Shown in pieces: positions 28,552 through 37,635 of a stretch of 64,000 nt of DNA (the stretch's first letter is position 1; each line of letters begins with the position of its first letter). Source of the stretch: a virus (Duplodnaviria > Caudoviricetes). The stretch lies in IMG/VR virus record IMGVR_UViG_3300032312_001958; one strand, written 5' to 3'. The position numbers and the translations under genes are program-made. The notes under the pieces were generated by a model. That model saw nothing but the letters and a program-made list of their open reading frames with translations. It was not told the origin of the DNA and did no database searches.

Positions 28552-30231
28552 ATGGATAGTAATATTACTTTAGTAACAGGACTTTGGGATTTAAAAAGAG
28601 AAGAACTAAGTGAAGGATGGGCTAGGTCTTTCGAGAACCATTATCTTGAAAAATTTAAACAACTTTTAACAGTAAAAAATAATTTAATTATTTTTGGAGA
28701 TTCAGAACTTGAAAAGTTTGTGTGGGAATTTAGGTCACATGAAAATACCCAATTTATTAATCGAGATTTAATTTGGTTTAAAAATGAATTTTACGATAAG
28801 ATACAGTTAATAAGAAATAACCCAAATTGGTATAATCAATCAGGTTGGTTATCTGAATCCACTCAAGCAAAATTGGACATGTATAACCCATTGGTGATGT
28901 CTAAAATTTTTTTACTTAATGACGCAAGAATTTTAGATAAATTTGAATCTGAAAAATTATTTTGGATAGATGCAGGTATAAGTAATACTGTTCACATTGG
29001 GTACTTCACACATGATAATGTTTTAGAAAAATTAGATAAAAAAATTACAAAATTTTCTTTTGTTTGTTTTCCATATAATGCGGAAAATGAAATTCATGGA
29101 TTTTCATACCCAATGATAAACAATTGGGCGGAAGACGATGTTAAATTAGTGGGTAGAGGAGGTTTTTTTGGAGGACCAAAAAAAACAATTGGTGAAATAA
29201 ATTCAATATATTATGGATTATTATCTGACACTCTAAACCAAGGGTATATGGGGACTGAAGAATCTATTTTTTCAATCATGGTTTATAAATACCCTAATTT
29301 AATAGATTATTTTGAAATTGAAGGTAATGGATTATTAAGTACGTTTTTTGAAAACGCTAAAAATGAAACTTTAGAAGTTAAAAATCAAAAAAAGACAAAT
29401 CAAAAAAATAGTTTTGATATTGATAAAACTTCATTATATGTAATTGGATTTAACAGTCCTAATCAATTAGAAACTTTAATTAAATCAATGATTTCTTATG
29501 ATGAGGATTTTATAAATAAACCAAAAAAATACTTGTTAAATAATTCAACAGATAGAAGTACAGATGAAAAATATGTTGAAATTTGTAATCTACACAATTT
29601 TGAAATTATTTGGTCTAAAGAAAATCTTGGTATATGTGGAGGTAGACAATTTATTGCCGAACATTTTGATAAAAGTGAAAATGATTATATGTTTTTCTTT
29701 GAGGATGATATGTTTTTCTACCCTAAAGAGGGTGAAGTTTGTAGAAATGGATTTAACAGATATGTTAAAAATTTATATCAAAAATCTTTAAACATAATTA
29801 AAAATTATAATTTTGATTTTTTAAAATTGAATTATAGTGAGTTTTTTGGGGATAACGGAACACAGTGGAGTTGGTATAACGTACCTCAATCTTTTAGAGA
29901 ACAACATTGGTCTGAAAAATCAAAATTACCTGAATTTGGTACTGACCCTAATTCTCCTAAAACTAAGTTCACTTCAATAACTTCATATGATGGTGTACCT
30001 GTTGCAACAGGTGAAATATTTTATTGTAATTGGCCTCAAGTAGTGTCAAAAAACGGAAACGTAAAAATGTTTTTAGAAACAACTTGGGCTCATCCTTATG
30101 AACAAACATGGATGAGTCATATGTTTCAAGAAACAATTAAAGGTAATTTAAATCCTGGTTTGTTATTACTGACACCAACAGAACACAATCGTTTTGAACA
30201 TTACGACGGAAAACTAAGGAAAGAAAGTTAA
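28552..30231 (+). CDS. HtrL/YibB-like glycosyltransferase fused to a second GT-A domain
   Basis: ITLVTGLWDL..W.RSF..YL..F, FWIDAG, GGFFGG, TEE; C-terminal NLGICGGRQ, FFEDDM. Confidence 0.7.
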   Translation: MDSNITLVTGLWDLKREELSEGWARSFENHYLEKFKQLLTVKNNLIIFGDSELEKFVWEFRSHENTQFINRDLIWFKNEFYDKIQLIRNNPNWYNQSGWLSESTQAKLDMYNPLVMSKIFLLNDARILDKFESEKLFWIDAGISNTVHIGYFTHDNVLEKLDKKITKFSFVCFPYNAENEIHGFSYPMINNWAEDDVKLVGRGGFFGGPKKTIGEINSIYYGLLSDTLNQGYMGTEESIFSIMVYKYPNLIDYFEIEGNGLLSTFFENAKNETLEVKNQKKTNQKNSFDIDKTSLYVIGFNSPNQLETLIKSMISYDEDFINKPKKYLLNNSTDRSTDEKYVEICNLHNFEIIWSKENLGICGGRQFIAEHFDKSENDYMFFFEDDMFFYPKEGEVCRNGFNRYVKNLYQKSLNIIKNYNFDFLKLNYSEFFGDNGTQWSWYNVPQSFREQHWSEKSKLPEFGTDPNSPKTKFTSITSYDGVPVATGEIFYCNWPQVVSKNGNVKMFLETTWAHPYEQTWMSHMFQETIKGNLNPGLLLLTPTEHNRFEHYDGKLRKES

Positions 30232-30258
30232 TCTGTATATTTATTGTAAAAACAATAA

Positions 30259-30627
30259 ATGGAATTTTATATTGGTCAAAATAGTAATTTACCTATTTTA
30301 AAGATGCAAGTCATTAAAGACGGTAAACATGATATTGATTCAATGTTAGAACTTTTAGAAGAATCTGTTTTATATTTCTCAATGAAGGATATTAAAAATG
30401 GAAACTATAAAATATTAAATTCTTCAGCTGGTTTTGTCGAAAAAATTTTTTTAGAACCAAATTCTGATGTTGAGTATTATCTTTATTATAAATTTTCAAA
30501 AAGTGACACCTCTAAATCAGGAAGATTTGAAGGTGAGTTTTTATTAAAGTCTGAGAATGGAACACTTTTATTGCCAATAAGAGATAAATTATTCATAAAC
30601 GTTACCGAATCAACAATTATCACTTAA
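30259..30627 (+). CDS. BppU-N-like virion attachment domain protein
   Basis: FYIGQNSNLPIL...YKFSKSDTSKSGRFEGEF...LP; paralog of the N-terminus of the next gene. Confidence 0.55.
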   Translation: MEFYIGQNSNLPILKMQVIKDGKHDIDSMLELLEESVLYFSMKDIKNGNYKILNSSAGFVEKIFLEPNSDVEYYLYYKFSKSDTSKSGRFEGEFLLKSENGTLLLPIRDKLFINVTESTIIT

Positions 30628-32180
30628 TGGAATTTTTCATAAAAAAAAATGCAACTTTACCATTATTAAAGTTTGAAGTATTTCAAGATGGTAGAAGTGA
30701 TTTTAATAATTTACAAAATCTGAGTGGGACATCATCAAGTTATTTGACTTTAATTGACCCAACAAATTCTGAAATAAAATTTGCTAGTAGACCGTGTTCG
30801 ATTGTAACCGGACAATCAGAGTACGACGAATCAAAAATAATTTATTTTGTTCAGTATCAATTTAAAAATACTGAAACAAAAAAATTAGGTAGATATGAAA
30901 TAGAACTTTCAATGATTGATACAAATGGTACAGTTATTTTACCATTAAGGGATAAAGTTTTTGTTAATATAATTGATAGTTTTTCAATAGACGGATTTTC
31001 ATTCCCAAACAATTATGAAGTTGATTATCCGTGTTGTGAAGGGGCTCAACCTAACCCGACTCCGGCAAATTCACCAACACCATCTATTTCTTCTACACTC
31101 ACACCAACAAAAACAAAAACACCGACACCAACACCGACACCTAATCAGTCATCTTCGGTAACACCTACACCAACCACTACCCCAACTGTAACACCTACAA
31201 TTTCAGTAAGTCCAACAATAACTAAAACACCTACAAATACACCGACTCAAACTACAACAACTACGACAACAATAACTCCGACTAATACCGTCACACCAAC
31301 AATAACTCCAACTAATAGTCAGACACCTGCAGTTAGTCCATCGGTAACACCAACAAAAAGTATTACACCAACAAAAACAAAAACACCAACTGTTACACCA
31401 ACAAACTCATTAACACCAACTATTACACCAACTACTACAATAACACCAACTGTGAGTCCTTCATATATTCCTCCGTCAATTATTGTAAATTCGGTTGATA
31501 ATGATGGAGTTGTATATTCTTACAATTTTGGAACAGGTGTTGTTACTAATGTAACTCCTCCTCAAAATTCATCTATTACTAGTAAAAGTTGGATTGGAAA
31601 ATACAATAACATTTGGTGGACATTTGACGGATATTCAACTTTATACAGACAAGATGGATTGTCTAATGCTCCTGTAAATAAACCAACTGGTGCACTTACA
31701 GACCCAGGTATATGTGTATTAGATTCTAATAATGTATTATTTGTAAGAACACCTATGTCAGGTCCTAATAGAAATATAATTTTAGGTCCATATGTAAGTT
31801 TATCATTTAGTTATATATTTTGTGGAAGTCTACCTGTGAATAGATTTGCCACAGGAGGTATGATAAAAACAACGACAAATAAGTTAATAATAATAACAAC
31901 TAATTTTTCAAATACATCAGTTTATTTGAATCAATACCCATACGTAAATAACACTACTTCAGTGTTAACAAGTGAAGTTGAAGTTAATTTAACAAATATT
32001 ATATCAAACCCTAGAGGAATATTTGTTGCAAGTAATCAATTTTATATTGTAAATGCGTCAGGAGAAATCTACCAGATTCAAAAAACATCACCGTACACTG
32101 TCAGTTATGTTACGTCTATCGGAAGAACGGTTAAAGGAATTGCTCAAGACTCAACAAATTGGAATGTAAATTTTAGTTAA
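30627..32180 (+). CDS. Putative virion fibre/appendage: BppU-like N-terminus, Pro/Thr mucin-like stalk, beta-propeller-like C-terminus
   Basis: N-terminus paralogous to 30259; about 140 aa of TPTxTPT repeats; beta-rich C-terminal domain. Confidence 0.65.
   Translation: MEFFIKKNATLPLLKFEVFQDGRSDFNNLQNLSGTSSSYLTLIDPTNSEIKFASRPCSIVTGQSEYDESKIIYFVQYQFKNTETKKLGRYEIELSMIDTNGTVILPLRDKVFVNIIDSFSIDGFSFPNNYEVDYPCCEGAQPNPTPANSPTPSISSTLTPTKTKTPTPTPTPNQSSSVTPTPTTTPTVTPTISVSPTITKTPTNTPTQTTTTTTTITPTNTVTPTITPTNSQTPAVSPSVTPTKSITPTKTKTPTVTPTNSLTPTITPTTTITPTVSPSYIPPSIIVNSVDNDGVVYSYNFGTGVVTNVTPPQNSSITSKSWIGKYNNIWWTFDGYSTLYRQDGLSNAPVNKPTGALTDPGICVLDSNNVLFVRTPMSGPNRNIILGPYVSLSFSYIFCGSLPVNRFATGGMIKTTTNKLIIITTNFSNTSVYLNQYPYVNNTTSVLTSEVEVNLTNIISNPRGIFVASNQFYIVNASGEIYQIQKTSPYTVSYVTSIGRTVKGIAQDSTNWNVNFS
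31048..31478 (+). repeat. Pro/Thr/Ser low-complexity coding repeat (TPTxTPT)
   Basis: Repeated acaccaaca/actccaact units; ACACCAACAAAAACAAAAACACC occurs twice. Confidence 0.9.
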
Positions 32181-32214
32181 TTGTTAAAAACAATGTAATT
32201 ATATATAAAAGATT

Positions 32215-32538
32215 ATGGAACAATTTTCAACAATTCATGTATTTGGTTATGGTGAAACTCAAATTATCGGAAAAACTAATAATGGTAAAGTTCAATCATC
32301 ATCATTAACAACTTTGACGCCATTTGTAGACCACGTAAAAACATTTTTACCTGAAAGTGGTGTTACATTAACTGACTATCACGTTATTCATATTTTTAAC
32401 GGTATGGATATTAGATATTTAGGTCAAGGTGTTGAAGACAGAACAGTAGAAACGTCTTTTTTAGTTGGGCTTGACCAAATTGACCAATCATTATTAACCT
32501 CATTGGTCGATGAAATCATTTCACTAATACAATCGTAA
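32215..32538 (+). CDS. Hypothetical protein
   Basis: 107 aa ORF downstream of the fibre-like gene. Confidence 0.7.
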   Translation: MEQFSTIHVFGYGETQIIGKTNNGKVQSSSLTTLTPFVDHVKTFLPESGVTLTDYHVIHIFNGMDIRYLGQGVEDRTVETSFLVGLDQIDQSLLTSLVDEIISLIQS

Positions 32539-32547
32539 CGATATTGT

Positions 32548-32576
32548 TTGACTTATATTTTTTATTTGATTAAACT
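32548..32576 (+). promoter_or_regulatory. Sigma70-like promoter of DNA polymerase
   Basis: TTGACT-17 nt-TAAACT. Confidence 0.65.
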
Positions 32577-32637
32577 TACTCAATAAGGTAAACTCCGACC
32601 TATGATTCGGAAGCTAATACACCAAAAAGTTTAATTT

Positions 32638-35433
32638 ATGATATCAAATGAAGAGATTGAGAATTTCCTACAAGGAAATGATGATGAAAAATATATAATC
32701 GGTGTTGAATACGATTATGTTAAAGATTGTGTTTGGAAAATCCTCGAACACCCAATCCACGGAAAACAAATTAAAAAAGATACATTCATCCCATTTGCTT
32801 GGGTTGGTGACTTACGTGGACTAAACTTTTATCAGTCATCAAAATCATTACAAAAAGAAGCGATGACAAAACATAAAATTGTTATTGAAAAATTACGAAC
32901 TGACGGTAATGAAAGATTGGAAAAAGGTTTAACGTTTATGGTTAAATCATTAAATGGGTACCGTTCATTAATACAGTTTTTTAGAGATGGTGGGGTTGAC
33001 CCTTGGGGTGAAAAAACTAAAGGATTGATTCTTATCCTACCTCCTGTTGAACAATTCTTGGTCACAAAGGAGAAAAGACTTTTCAAAGGATTTGATGATT
33101 ACAACAGTATCACAAGGTTTGTATTTGACTTGGAGACGACAGCATTAGAACCAAAGGATGGTCGTATTTTTATGATAGGGATGAAAACCAATAAAGGTTT
33201 TAGTCAGGTAATTGAGTGTTCAACTGAAGAACAAGAAAGAGAAGGTATTATCAAATTTTTTAATACAATAGATGAACTTAAACCAAGTATTATTGCATCT
33301 TACAATGGATTTAACTTTGACTGGTTTTGGATATTTGAAAGAGCCAAAGCGTTAAAATTGGACATTAAAAAGGTTGCTAAAACTTTAAATCCAATTAACC
33401 CAATCAAACAATCAGAATCAATGTTAAAACTCGCAAATGAGGTTGAGAGGTTTAATCAGACATCTATGTGGGGGTATAATGTTGTGGATACTTTACACGC
33501 AGTTAGAAGAGCTCAAGCGATTAACTCATCTATTAAATCTGCGGGTTTGAAGTATATTACCCAGTACATTAAAGCCGAGGCTACTGACCGTGTTTATATT
33601 GACCACACAGATATTGGTCCGTTCTATGCTAAGAAAGAAGAATATTGGTTAAACATACAAAACGGAAAATATAAAAAAGTGGGAGTTGACCCCACAATTG
33701 ACGAAGCGTGTTCAAAACACTCAAATGTTTATATTAAAACAACAGGTGATGATTTGGTTGAACGATATCTTGACGATGACTTAGAAGAAACTTTAACGGT
33801 TGATGAAGAATTCAATCAGGGTTCTTTCCTACTTGCGTCTTTGGTTCCAACAACATATGAAAGGGTTTCTACTATGGGAACTGCAACATTATGGGAAATC
33901 CAAATGAGAGCTTGGTCATACAAACATATGTTAGCAATTCCTAAAAAGAATGAAAAGACAGAGTTTGTAGGAGGATTATCTCGACTACTTAAAGTAGGAT
34001 TCTCTACTGATGTATTGAAACTTGACTTCTCCTCACTTTACCCATCAATACAACTTGTTCACGATGTATTCCCAACTTGTGATATTACAGGAGCGATGAA
34101 AGGCATGTTAAATTACTTCCGTAATACTCGTATTAAATATAAAAATTTGGCGAAAGAATATCAGGATATAGATAAAAAACAAGCAACATCTTACGACAGA
34201 AAACAATTACCGATTAAGATTTTCATTAACTCAATGTTTGGGGCATTATCCGCCCCTCAGGTGTACCATTGGGGTGATATGTATATGGGTGAACAGATTA
34301 CCTGTACAGGACGACAATACCTTCGTCAGATGTTACGTTTCTTTATGAAACGAGGTTATACCCCACTTGTATGTGATACGGATGGTATGAACTTCTCATT
34401 ACCTGAAGGTGGTGTGGATGATAGAAGATATATCGGCAAAGGTAAGAATTGGTTAGTTAAAGAAGGTAAAGAATACAAAGGTTACGACGCTGATGTTGCG
34501 GAGTTTAACGATATGTTTATGAAAGGTGCGATGGGACTTGATTGTGATGGAACTTGGAAATCCTGTATGAATATCGCTCGTAAGAACTACGCAACGATGG
34601 AACACAATGGTAAAATTAAACTTACGGGTAATTCAATCAAGAGTAAGAAACTACCACTTTATATTGAAGACTTTTTGGATAAGGGAATTAAGATGTTGTT
34701 AGAAGGTGACGGACAATCATTTGTTGAGTGGTATTACGAATACTTGGAAGTTATCTTTAATCAACAAATTCCATTAATGAAGATTGCTCAAAGAGCGAAG
34801 GTTAAATTATCAATTGATGATTATAACAAACGTTCAAAAGAAAAGACCAAAGCAGGTAATGAAATGTCTCGTATGGCTCATATGGAATTAGCAATGAGAG
34901 ATGGAATTGCAGTTAGTTTAGGGGATGTAATATTCTATGTCAATAATGGGGTTAAAGCATCACACGGAGATGTTCAAAAGGTTAATAAACCTAAAAAAGG
35001 GTGGTCACAATCTGATTTGGATAATATGATGGAAGGATATGGTAAAATACCTCTTGAAATGGTTGAATCGTATGTAAAACTTAATTGTTATCGTCTTAAC
35101 CCATCTGAATTGGAGTCAAATCCTAATATGACGGGAGAATATAACGTGGCAAGAGCGGTTGTTACATTCAATAAGAGAATTGAACCATTGTTGATTGTAT
35201 TTGGTGAAGAAGTTAGAAATAATTTAATTATTACTGACCCTAAAGACAGAGGTTTGTTTACCAAAGAACAATGTAAACTAATTAACGGTGTTCCATTTGA
35301 ACCAAGTGACCAAGATAGTATTGAGGACTTGTTAACTATTACTGAACAAGAAAAGATATATTGGGAAAAACGAGGAGTTGACCCTGAATACATTTATGAA
35401 CTTGCTGAAGAAGGGTGGGAAGAAATGGTGTAA
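32638..35433 (+). CDS. Family B DNA polymerase
   Basis: Exonuclease motifs FDLETT and YNGFNFDW; polymerase motifs LDFSSLYPSI, KIFINSMFG, CDTDG, RKNYA. Confidence 0.95.
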   Translation: MISNEEIENFLQGNDDEKYIIGVEYDYVKDCVWKILEHPIHGKQIKKDTFIPFAWVGDLRGLNFYQSSKSLQKEAMTKHKIVIEKLRTDGNERLEKGLTFMVKSLNGYRSLIQFFRDGGVDPWGEKTKGLILILPPVEQFLVTKEKRLFKGFDDYNSITRFVFDLETTALEPKDGRIFMIGMKTNKGFSQVIECSTEEQEREGIIKFFNTIDELKPSIIASYNGFNFDWFWIFERAKALKLDIKKVAKTLNPINPIKQSESMLKLANEVERFNQTSMWGYNVVDTLHAVRRAQAINSSIKSAGLKYITQYIKAEATDRVYIDHTDIGPFYAKKEEYWLNIQNGKYKKVGVDPTIDEACSKHSNVYIKTTGDDLVERYLDDDLEETLTVDEEFNQGSFLLASLVPTTYERVSTMGTATLWEIQMRAWSYKHMLAIPKKNEKTEFVGGLSRLLKVGFSTDVLKLDFSSLYPSIQLVHDVFPTCDITGAMKGMLNYFRNTRIKYKNLAKEYQDIDKKQATSYDRKQLPIKIFINSMFGALSAPQVYHWGDMYMGEQITCTGRQYLRQMLRFFMKRGYTPLVCDTDGMNFSLPEGGVDDRRYIGKGKNWLVKEGKEYKGYDADVAEFNDMFMKGAMGLDCDGTWKSCMNIARKNYATMEHNGKIKLTGNSIKSKKLPLYIEDFLDKGIKMLLEGDGQSFVEWYYEYLEVIFNQQIPLMKIAQRAKVKLSIDDYNKRSKEKTKAGNEMSRMAHMELAMRDGIAVSLGDVIFYVNNGVKASHGDVQKVNKPKKGWSQSDLDNMMEGYGKIPLEMVESYVKLNCYRLNPSELESNPNMTGEYNVARAVVTFNKRIEPLLIVFGEEVRNNLIITDPKDRGLFTKEQCKLINGVPFEPSDQDSIEDLLTITEQEKIYWEKRGVDPEYIYELAEEGWEEMV

Positions 35434-35435
35434 TA

Positions 35436-35768
35436 TTAATCTTTTACACCATCAGATGAAATAATGTACCATGTGTTGAAAACAAAACATAATTCAACAC
35501 TGGCACCTTTCCCTATAACCATATCGTCGTATTCTCTATCGATTTTGTACATATCGGGTACAATTTTGGTTTCAGTTAAAGCTTTAATAATTACGTGGTC
35601 ACATAGATTAGAATTTAATCTAATTAAAACTTGGTCGGAATCTGCAGTTATAACTAAAAACTCACCACTAGGTGTGTATTCAGGTTCGTTAGTTATTACT
35701 TTTGTTGACACTAATTTTTCAACTCCGTTAATTATTCTCTTTTCAGGTTGTGTTTTTAAAGTTCCCAT
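35436..35768 (-). CDS. Hypothetical (small beta-rich virion) protein
   Basis: 110 aa, co-oriented with the neck gene. Confidence 0.65.
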   Translation of the reverse strand: MGTLKTQPEKRIINGVEKLVSTKVITNEPEYTPSGEFLVITADSDQVLIRLNSNLCDHVIIKALTETKIVPDMYKIDREYDDMVIGKGASVELCFVFNTWYIISSDGVKD

Positions 35769-35771
35769 AAA

Positions 35772-36893
35772 TTAAATTACATATATTTGTCTTGGGAAAG
35801 CTCTAAACTTCATTTGTTTGTTTAAATTTTCAGCAGTTAACGCTTCCCTTTCCATCACTTTGTCAGGTTTTAATCTTGTTAAAATACCTTCAGCACCAAT
35901 TAATTCTTCAATTAATTTTAATTTTTCATCTTTTCCTTCAGTAGCTAAAGAAGTATAATCCATTGTCAATTCAGAGTCAGGTGTTTTTAAGTTACCTGAA
36001 TATTTTCCTCTGACTTTTGATAAAGTTTCTTTACAACTAGAAATAAAATATCTTCTAACCCATTGTTTTGCGGGATTATTTAAATCCACCCAAGACATGT
36101 CATCTTGAGGAACATCTGATGGTAATCTGATAATGTCTGGATTTTGTTTAAGACATTTATCCCTATCTGCCGGACCGACATCATAATACCAATACCATAC
36201 TTTACCTCTCATTAAGGTAGCGTTACCAAAATCAAATTTACCTCCAGGAGTTTGCATTAAATGTACCGCCTTTTTACCTTCAGGTAAAGCTGTTATTCTA
36301 TAAGTTAAATCACCTGCAATAATTCTTCTTTGAATATTAATTTCCTGCATTCTTAATAACATATCAAATGCTGGCATCATAAAATATGAACCTGAATATC
36401 CCATTTGAGAATACCCCCCAGGTCCACCCAAACCAACACCACCTAAAGCTCCAAAACTCCATGGGTCAAATAACATATTAGTTAATTCAGCCGGTGTAAA
36501 CCAAAGTAATTCATTAATTTCTCTATTGGCAGGAATTTCATAAATTTGTTGTCCGGGAGATAACTGTATATAATCTTTTTTTAATACATCATCTCCACCC
36601 GCTTGTAAACCAACAATTTTAGAATATGCGTATGAATATCTTTGTTCTAAATTAAAATCTTTAGTAACAAATGCTCTTGATAATGATTGGGTGTCTAAGT
36701 TTAATCCCCATAATTGAGCCCATTGAGACTCAATCAAAAAATTTTGTACGTATTGTGAATAATCACCTATCGCGAATTCTAATAGGGTATCCATTTGTTC
36801 ATCCTCAAGTTCTATAGAACGTAAAGGTGCTCCAAGTACGTGACGTACTTTAGTATATAAATCACTTCTTTGTGGTTCTTCAATTACTGCCAT
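35772..36893 (-). CDS. Neck / head-tail adaptor protein (T4 gp13-like)
   Basis: VRHVLGAPLRSIELEDEQM at N-terminus; WVRRY...KETLSKVRGKY at C-terminus. Confidence 0.7.
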   Translation of the reverse strand: MAVIEEPQRSDLYTKVRHVLGAPLRSIELEDEQMDTLLEFAIGDYSQYVQNFLIESQWAQLWGLNLDTQSLSRAFVTKDFNLEQRYSYAYSKIVGLQAGGDDVLKKDYIQLSPGQQIYEIPANREINELLWFTPAELTNMLFDPWSFGALGGVGLGGPGGYSQMGYSGSYFMMPAFDMLLRMQEINIQRRIIAGDLTYRITALPEGKKAVHLMQTPGGKFDFGNATLMRGKVWYWYYDVGPADRDKCLKQNPDIIRLPSDVPQDDMSWVDLNNPAKQWVRRYFISSCKETLSKVRGKYSGNLKTPDSELTMDYTSLATEGKDEKLKLIEELIGAEGILTRLKPDKVMEREALTAENLNKQMKFRAFPRQIYVI

Positions 36894-36911
36894 AGTTTTT
36901 ATTTATAAATA

Positions 36912-37622
36912 TCAATCTGACTTTTTAGTTTTAGATAAATAAAGTTCATTTATAAACTTCCAATTAATAGCATCCCAAAAATTTATAATGTATTCATCTC
37001 TTTTGTTTTGGTATTTTAGATAATAAGCATGTTCCCATAAATCTAACGCTAATATTGGAAATCCACCTCTGTCAAATATATTCATTAGTGGATTGTCTTG
37101 ATTTTGAGTAGACATTACTTTTAACTTACCACTTTTTGTAATTACTAACCAAACCCACCCTGAACCAAATCTGTTTTTTGCAACAGATTCAAATCTTTCT
37201 TTGAATTCTCTATATGAACCAAAATCTTTTTTTATTTTTTCTAAAATCTCACCGAATGGTTTTTGAGGTGTCGGGGATAACATCTTCCAAAATAATGCGT
37301 GGTTAAACGCTCCACCAGCATTATTTCTGATTATTGTATTGTATTTTGAAATTTGTCTAACAATTTTTTCTAGCTCAACGTCCCCGTAATCTTTTTTTCT
37401 TAATGCTGAATTTAATTTTTTTACGTAACCTTTGTAGTGTTTTTGATAATGAAACTTCATAGTTTCAGGGTCAATAAATCTACGTAATGACGCATATCCA
37501 TAAGGTAACTTATCAATACCTATGGTTTTCATTTCATTTATAAAATATTTTGTTTCAGGTAAGACAATCTCACCTGTTATTTTTTTATGTAAAGATTCTG
37601 ATAATAAATTTAATGATTTCAT
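36912..37622 (-). CDS. sod: Fe/Mn superoxide dismutase (Mn-type signature) with N-terminal extension
   Basis: LPYGYASL, HYQKHYKGY, NNAGGAFNHALFW, FGSGWVWL, NQDNP, DLWEHAYY; start reassigned to ATG at 37622. Confidence 0.95.
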   Translation of the reverse strand: MKSLNLLSESLHKKITGEIVLPETKYFINEMKTIGIDKLPYGYASLRRFIDPETMKFHYQKHYKGYVKKLNSALRKKDYGDVELEKIVRQISKYNTIIRNNAGGAFNHALFWKMLSPTPQKPFGEILEKIKKDFGSYREFKERFESVAKNRFGSGWVWLVITKSGKLKVMSTQNQDNPLMNIFDRGGFPILALDLWEHAYYLKYQNKRDEYIINFWDAINWKFINELYLSKTKKSD

Positions 37623-37635
37623 CAATAATAAATAC

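Noticed and set aside
1063-30231. DNA hypermodification (glucosyl-hmC type) as the role of the GTs
   Set aside because: No hydroxymethylase, thymidylate-synthase-like or TET/JBP gene in the window, and GATC appears avoided. Cannot be fully excluded for individual GTs or for genes outside the window
31048-31478. CRISPR array or DNA-level tandem repeat
   Set aside because: Repeats are degenerate at third codon positions and encode a Pro/Thr linker; no repeat-spacer structure seen anywhere in the window
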